Of a DNA stretch of 64,000 bases, positions 59,382 through 64,000 are shown piece by piece. Positions within the stretch are counted from its first letter, which is position 1. The number at the start of each line of letters is the position of its first letter. The notes under the pieces were generated by a model that was given only the letters and a program-made list of their open reading frames with translations, was not told where the DNA came from and searched no databases. The position numbers were made by a program, and so were the translations under genes. Origin of the DNA: Tubiluchus corallicola (Eukaryota; Animalia; Priapulida); NCBI GenBank assembly GCA_030141605.1, contig JAQGDQ010000367.1:169075-233074 (forward strand). Reading direction: 5' to 3'.

Positions 59382-60520
59382 GTCACCCAGACCCCTTTCT
59401 TATTAACGTGACGTTTTCACTGTAATGTGCTAAATAGGTTGTTCTAATTTAAAACAAACCTAGCCTGTAGAGTTGTTTCTACACTATACTAAATAACTAC
59501 GCAGTTTATGGTGCTACCAATGTCGGCCAGTGCCAGACCAAACGACATTTCCTTTCTAGGGTTAGTGAGCATTTACGTGAAGAATTGTCCATATAGCATG
59601 AACAACGACAATGTAACGTTGAATTTAATGATTATTTTGAAGCAATTGGGTGCCCACGCCAAAAATGAAACCTCGGCATATTAGTAGTTTTACAGACTTT
59701 GAAAGGGGTTAAACTTTCATCTAACATATCATTATCCCCTATGGGTTATTCATTAGCAGGCTTTCAAAAATTAGCCTCGTATGTTAGTTTGTCTATATGT
59801 TTGAATTGTTACAACTTTTAATATCGTTACACAATTAAGGTTTGTTTTAAATTAGAATAACGCATTCCTATATCTAGAATAAACACATCAACGTATTAGT
59901 GACTAAAGGCGTTTGCAAGGTTGATTTTTTTGCATTTAAAAATTTTAGCCGAGTGCAAATTGTGCATTTTGGTACGTACCAAATGAGCAGAACTACTGAA
60001 GACGAGCTTCTTACTTTTAAATAAACTTACAAGATGCATAAATTATGCAGCCAATGATGTCTAAACGTTTTTCACATTAACCACTTAATGCTTTTTCTTT
60101 CTCTCTTGTCTAAATTAAAACTAAATTTCATGTATTGAAATGCAACAGTGAATGTTATGATTCATTCCGTCACAACTTTCCGGAAACTATCAAACACCGC
60201 AGAACTTAGCACGTTATCGATGTGTAATAGGTAGACCTTACCTCTCTTATTCGCCTTACGGGAGGGTCTAATCCTGTCGCCTCTTGTTCTTCTGCCCCTA
60301 TTTAAAAAAATTCACATGGTTTTACAAGTAGCGTCGTAGATGATACGAATCTACAAGAACTTGGACTCATCTTCCCCTTACTGTTGTCCTTGTTATTTTC
60401 CAGGCTCACCCTTTTGCATAACTGATGTAATTGACTTATTTAGCTACACGATGATGATGATGATGATGACGATGATGATGACGACGACGACAACGACGAC
60501 GTTGATGGTGGTGGTGGTGG

Positions 60521-60553
<33 letters not shown>

Positions 60554-60667
60554 CGACGACGACAACGACGACGACGTTGATGGTGGTGATGATGATGATG
60601 ATGACGATGATAATGATGATGATGATGATGATGACGACGGCGACGACAAGGACGACGTTGATGATGG

Positions 60668-60703
<36 letters not shown>

Positions 60704-61416
60704 CGATGACGACGACGACGACGACGACGACGATGATGATGATGATGATGATAGAAAACACAATAAAAAGCACTAGCATGCATAAAATGAACTCAAACAG
60801 AATTAGCAGATAAACAATTTGTGTTTCAGCTTCAACACAGCTTTAAGTTGATAAACCACATTTAGGAGGCGCAGGAGGAGAAGAGATAATTATCTCTAAC
60901 CACCTCTTATTCGACATTGTTACAAATGGATACATACATTCTTCTGGTGTTTCTGGACACTTCCACTGACTCAACGCCATGAGTCCCACAATAGGAGGAA
61001 TAAATGAGAACGAAGCGCCCTGTATAATCGGAAGTCTGAAATATGAATGGAAAAACTCAGATCCTCAGAAACAGACAAGTTTAACGACAAAGCTTCATTG
61101 CTGAATGGCTTTTTTTCATTCTGATTAGCCTTAGAAGTGACCTTGATACTGCACCAACAACCAAGCATGAATAAACTGCCTACTTTGTAAATCTTGATTA
61201 AGTAATCATGCAAAGATGAAGCGTGAGAAGCACTTCAACCCGTAAACAAATATTTTACCTCGTACCAGCCAATGTTATAAGTATGGACGCCACGCCCACC
61301 ACCACTAGCATTGTACTGAAAAGCTCCACCTTCAATGCGCTGTCATACTCCGCACAAATGATAGAGGCAACGGCCATGGGAGCGGCAAAGATACCTCCCA
61401 CACATACAAACAGTTG
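53531..61416 (-). CDS. SLC23: SLC23 / nucleobase-ascorbate transporter (NAT/NCS2) family member (5'-partial; 11 exons)
   Basis: Exons 61416-61259, 61035-60938, 60297-60242, 59285-59104, 58052-57929, 57470-57314, 57022-56858, 55910-55822, 54868-54595, 54077-53982, 53796-53531, all AG/GT bounded and in phase (1665 nt = 555 codons incl. stop). Motifs RLPIIQG, YIGPLTITP, IIEAVGDYYACA, PPPAHAVNR, NLQYVKLTSSRN, LDNTAPGTDSERG, YDLP. Confidence 0.93.
53982..54077 (-). CDS. SLC23: SLC23 exon, TM14 (NLALDQAI...LILDNTAP)
   Basis: ttctag| acceptor, G|gtaagc donor, 96 nt. Confidence 0.92.
54131..54305. repeat. (GAT)n/(GAC)n microsatellite in SLC23 intron
   Basis: Visible repeat. Confidence 0.97.
54595..54868 (-). 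CDS. SLC23: SLC23 exon, TM11-TM13 (VTSRSII...NPDAIKTG)
   Basis: ctttag| acceptor, G|gtaaga donor, 274 nt. Confidence 0.93.
55822..55910 (-). CDS. SLC23: SLC23 exon, TM9-TM10 with NAT-signature region (GLGCFISGSMGCGVGVISYSNAIGVMGLTR)
   Basis: Not in ORF track; ttgcag| acceptor, AGG|gtatcg donor, 89 nt, phase 1 to 0. Confidence 0.9.
56858..57022 (-). CDS. SLC23: SLC23 exon, TM8 (QFGMPT...IIEAVGDYYACA...HAVNRALLCE)
   Basis: tttcag| acceptor, G|gttatg donor, 165 nt. Confidence 0.92.
57314..57470 (-). CDS. SLC23: SLC23 exon (ALIALAVAWILAVILTATGVLP...ARSD...PWFVLPYP)
   Basis: Not in ORF track; tattag| acceptor, G|gtaaat donor, 157 nt. Confidence 0.9.
57929..58052 (-). CDS. SLC23: SLC23 exon (TIVMTLLCSLY...PIFTVFP)
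   Basis: tttcag| acceptor, CCT|gtaagt donor, 124 nt. Confidence 0.9.
59104..59285 (-). CDS. SLC23: SLC23 exon, TM4-TM5 (ISGALMAAS...YIGPLTITPAVALIG...HWGLAV)
   Basis: ttatag| acceptor, TT|gtaagt donor, 182 nt, phase 0 to 2. Confidence 0.92.
59460..59868 (+). mobile_element. Decayed Penelope-like element 3' fragment (GIY-YIG endonuclease end and 3' untranslated region)
   Basis: Reads GAT(N)[18 protein letters not shown]; the inverted copy (61840 downward) reads [16 protein letters not shown], matching the Penelope YIGxTxRxLxxRxxEH motif; later FEAI and MKP remnants. Confidence 0.7.
60242..60297 (-). CDS. SLC23: SLC23 exon (..AEEQEATGLDPPVRRIRE)
   Basis: aaatag| acceptor, GAG|gtaagg donor, 56 nt, phase 1 to 0; RIRE motif precedes I(Q/S)GA as in SLC23. 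Confidence 0.85.
60451..60751. repeat. (GAT)n/(GAC)n/(GGT)n compound microsatellite in SLC23 intron
   Basis: Visible repeat with internal higher-order repetition. Confidence 0.97.
60938..61035 (-). CDS. SLC23: SLC23 exon, TM3 (LPIIQGASFSFIPP...QWKCP)
   Basis: tttcag| acceptor, T|gtatgt donor, 98 nt, phase 2 to 1. Confidence 0.9.
61259..61416 (-). CDS. SLC23: SLC23 exon, TM1-TM2 (QLFVCVGGIFAAP...LAGTR)
   Basis: ttgcag| acceptor, AG|gtaaaa donor, 158 nt, phase 0 to 2. Confidence 0.88.
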
Positions 61417-61833
61417 CTGCAATTATGAAACGATCGTTATAAAAGGGTTGCAACAACAGAATTACTGGCCAAGATACAAAAGAAACGGTTTAAAAAAAGA
61501 CAAAAGGAGAAAAGAATGAAGAAGAAAAAGCAAAGCGACATGAAACGAAAAAGAGAGCTGAAAAGAGTGTACATGTAGTTGAAAAGCAGAGAATGGAGAC
61601 CCCAGCAGAATGAAAAGCGAAACAAAGTGGATAATGATATGTTAGATGAAAGTTTAACCCCTTCAAAGTCTGTAAACTACTAATATGCCGAGGTTTCATT
61701 TTTGGCGTGGGCACCTAATTGCTTCAAAATAATCATTAAATTCAACGTTACATTGCCATTGTTCACGGTGTATCTACAATTCTTCACGTGAATGCTCACT
61801 AACCCTAGAAAGGAAATGTCGTTTGGTCTGGCC

Positions 61834-61883
<50 letters not shown>

Positions 61884-61895
61884 ACCCAGACCTAT

Positions 61896-61943
<48 letters not shown>

Positions 61944-62051
61944 TGTATGTATATTAATATTATTACATTAATATGTATGTATGTATATAATTCCAATTAG
62001 TTTTGAGACATTTTAATAAATTGCAAATTTTTTTTCTGAAACTTGTTATAG

Positions 62052-62233
62052 ATCAGTGGTGCATTAATGGCTGCTTCTTGTGTACAACTCTTCATTAGTT
62101 CAGCTGGTTTAGTGGGCTTCCTCATGAGGTACATAGGACCTCTGACTATCACACCTGCAGTAGCGCTGATTGGAATTAACCTGTATGGAGTCATTAATGG
62201 CATGTGTGAGAAACATTGGGGTCTGGCTGTGTT
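62052..62233 (+). pseudogene. Inverted (antisense) duplicate of the 182-nt SLC23 exon with intact splice sites
   Basis: Reverse complement of 59104-59285 with only 3 substitutions (62084, 62147, 62159); ttatag| and |gtaagt retained. Confidence 0.9.
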
Positions 62234-63110
62234 GTAAGTGTGTAGTTGAATTGTTAATTACAATTAATGATACTAACAGAATTAATGATTGCGGCCATTG
62301 CTTTTACACTTCCGTGTTTTTCCCTTGTGTCTTTTACTTGAGGTGGTTTTGTGTTTTTTTTGTATGTAATTACGTCATTTTTAAGTGTGGCAACTTTATG
62401 TGTTAATAATACAAACAGGAACGCAGCAAATTTTAGTATGAGTGATTCTACGTAATTTTTCCTCTTTTCTGGTCGAGGACCCGATCTCCAAAGAAAAAAT
62501 GGAGAAATTTGAGTTCACTTTCAAAACAGTTTATACAATTTCTGGCAACAAACAAATAATAACGTGCAATAAAAAATAAATAATAAAATAATTACAGCCA
62601 TGCAAACTCAAAAATTGCAGTTTCAGCAAAATTGGCAAAAGGCAAATTTATACACAGGGAACGGTCTACGAATTTCGTGTCTCACTGGTTTTAATTTGGC
62701 ACAAGTAAACAGTTTAACAAAGAGTGAACATTCATGCAGTCGTCATACATTATGAATCAAGTTCCAAGATGTGGACAACACAAGTACTACCAAGGACGTT
62801 CCATCACTTTAGACTAAAGTAATATTTTAATGTAATATTTGACTTTTACAATAACCGTACAATTCTTTAACCAGACAAGTAATTCAGTACAAAGAAAGCT
62901 TCTGTGTATCGCAAGCAAAAGGGTACCGAATTGTAACTCGCATTACAGCTGTACAATGAAGCCTGCATCAATAACACCAATAGCCATAATCAAAACTTTC
63001 TAACAAGACCTGTAGCAGTATGACTAGTCAATTCCATCACGAATTAAACTAACTTTCATATTTCAAGTGCTAAGCAGCAAATACAAACGCTGCCACTTCC
63101 TAAACATTTT

Positions 63111-63183
63111 ATTCCTAGAATCGAACCCATAGTCAGCGAGTCCTCGAGAAGCTAAACTACCAGCATGTGGCATTAGCCGAGCC
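63111..63183 (-). mobile_element. Possible tRNA-derived SINE head fragment
   Basis: Reverse strand has B-box-like gggttcgattct; A box and cloverleaf not convincing. Confidence 0.3.
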
Positions 63184-64000
63184 ATTTTTAGATTTTAGTT
63201 CCCCATGATTCAGAAATTAATGTGCAGCATCTGTTTACACAAACCATGACAAAATCAACAAATCTGTGTAAACAGACAGTTTTAGAATCAACTATAACTT
63301 TGAAAAAACTGTGCAGCATTTCGCTCATAATATGACGTCACTACTGATTTACTGCACATATATGATGATTATTTTCTACTTGCACGGTATGGATATAAAA
63401 GTAATTTTTCATAATTTATCATACGCAGTAACATAATACACTGCTGAAAGGTATCAGAAGATAAATAATGATACAAGAGGGAAATAAATGTGAGCACAGC
63501 GGCTATCGGTACTTGGAAAATTTTCATCAACCTAGATAAAACACTCAGCATCTAAGAGGAAAGCTTTTGAACCACGTCAGATCACTTAGTCTCCATGTTA
63601 ACTCAGTGCAGTTCCTTAGGGAGCATTTAGACGCTGGTCGATATTGTTACAACTTAAAGTCATTTTCATTAAACCAAAGAAGAAACTCTTATGCCAGTGG
63701 ATACACTGCTTTTTGTGCCAAATAAGTAAAAAAATATTTAACAAGAAAATATTAATAGTTGCATAAGGTAAAGTGAAAGACACAACACACAGTATTAAGA
63801 ACAGCAAGGTGATTGCAACTGTTTGAAATATGTAGATTTTAGCAAGAGTAGATTATCCAGTTGAAATTACAAAGCACCTTATGACATATATTGCCTGAAA
63901 TGGAAATTAATGAAAATTTGTTCACTTCCAGTTTATCGCAAGTTCATACTCCCTAAGGTATTTGCTAATGCATACCGAATTAATTATAGGAGGGCAGCTT

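Larger units (their letters stand above)
58860..62480. repeat. Long inverted duplication: arms 58860-59737 and 61629-62480, ~1.9-kb spacer
   Basis: Direct reverse-complement comparison of both ends and the exon; arms differ around the (TA)n tract (59350-59520 vs 61838-61990). Confidence 0.93.

Noticed and set aside
63369-63551. Candidate upstream SLC23 exon
   Set aside because: No SLC23 N-terminal motif (PPW...LGxQ) or suitable donor found in the frames I read.

Overview
AT-rich, intron-rich animal (probably invertebrate) genomic DNA with two convergent spliced genes, both incomplete at the 5' end. (1) Plus strand, 26958-44107: an NMDA-type ionotropic glutamate receptor subunit most like GluN3. 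Seven GT-AG exons join in phase to 978 codons including the stop. It has an unusual pore tip (Ser-His), an altered agonist pocket and lacks both cysteines of the conserved S2 disulfide. (2) Minus strand, 61416-53531: an SLC23/NAT nucleobase-ascorbate transporter. Eleven exons join in phase to 555 codons including the stop, with non-canonical QH and NAT-signature residues. The most striking structure is a ~870-bp inverted duplication inside the SLC23 gene (58860-59737 vs 61629-62480). It places an antisense copy of a complete 182-nt exon, differing only at 3 synonymous sites, in an upstream intron and brackets three exons totalling 312 nt in frame. The inner part of the duplication is a decayed Penelope-like GIY-YIG fragment. 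Its 3' continuation matches a foldback at 5.25-5.65 kb that carries two decayed minimal hammerhead ribozymes. The rest is microsatellites, minisatellites, MITEs, SINE heads and decayed LINEs. All alignments were done by eye and family comparisons are from memory, not database searches.
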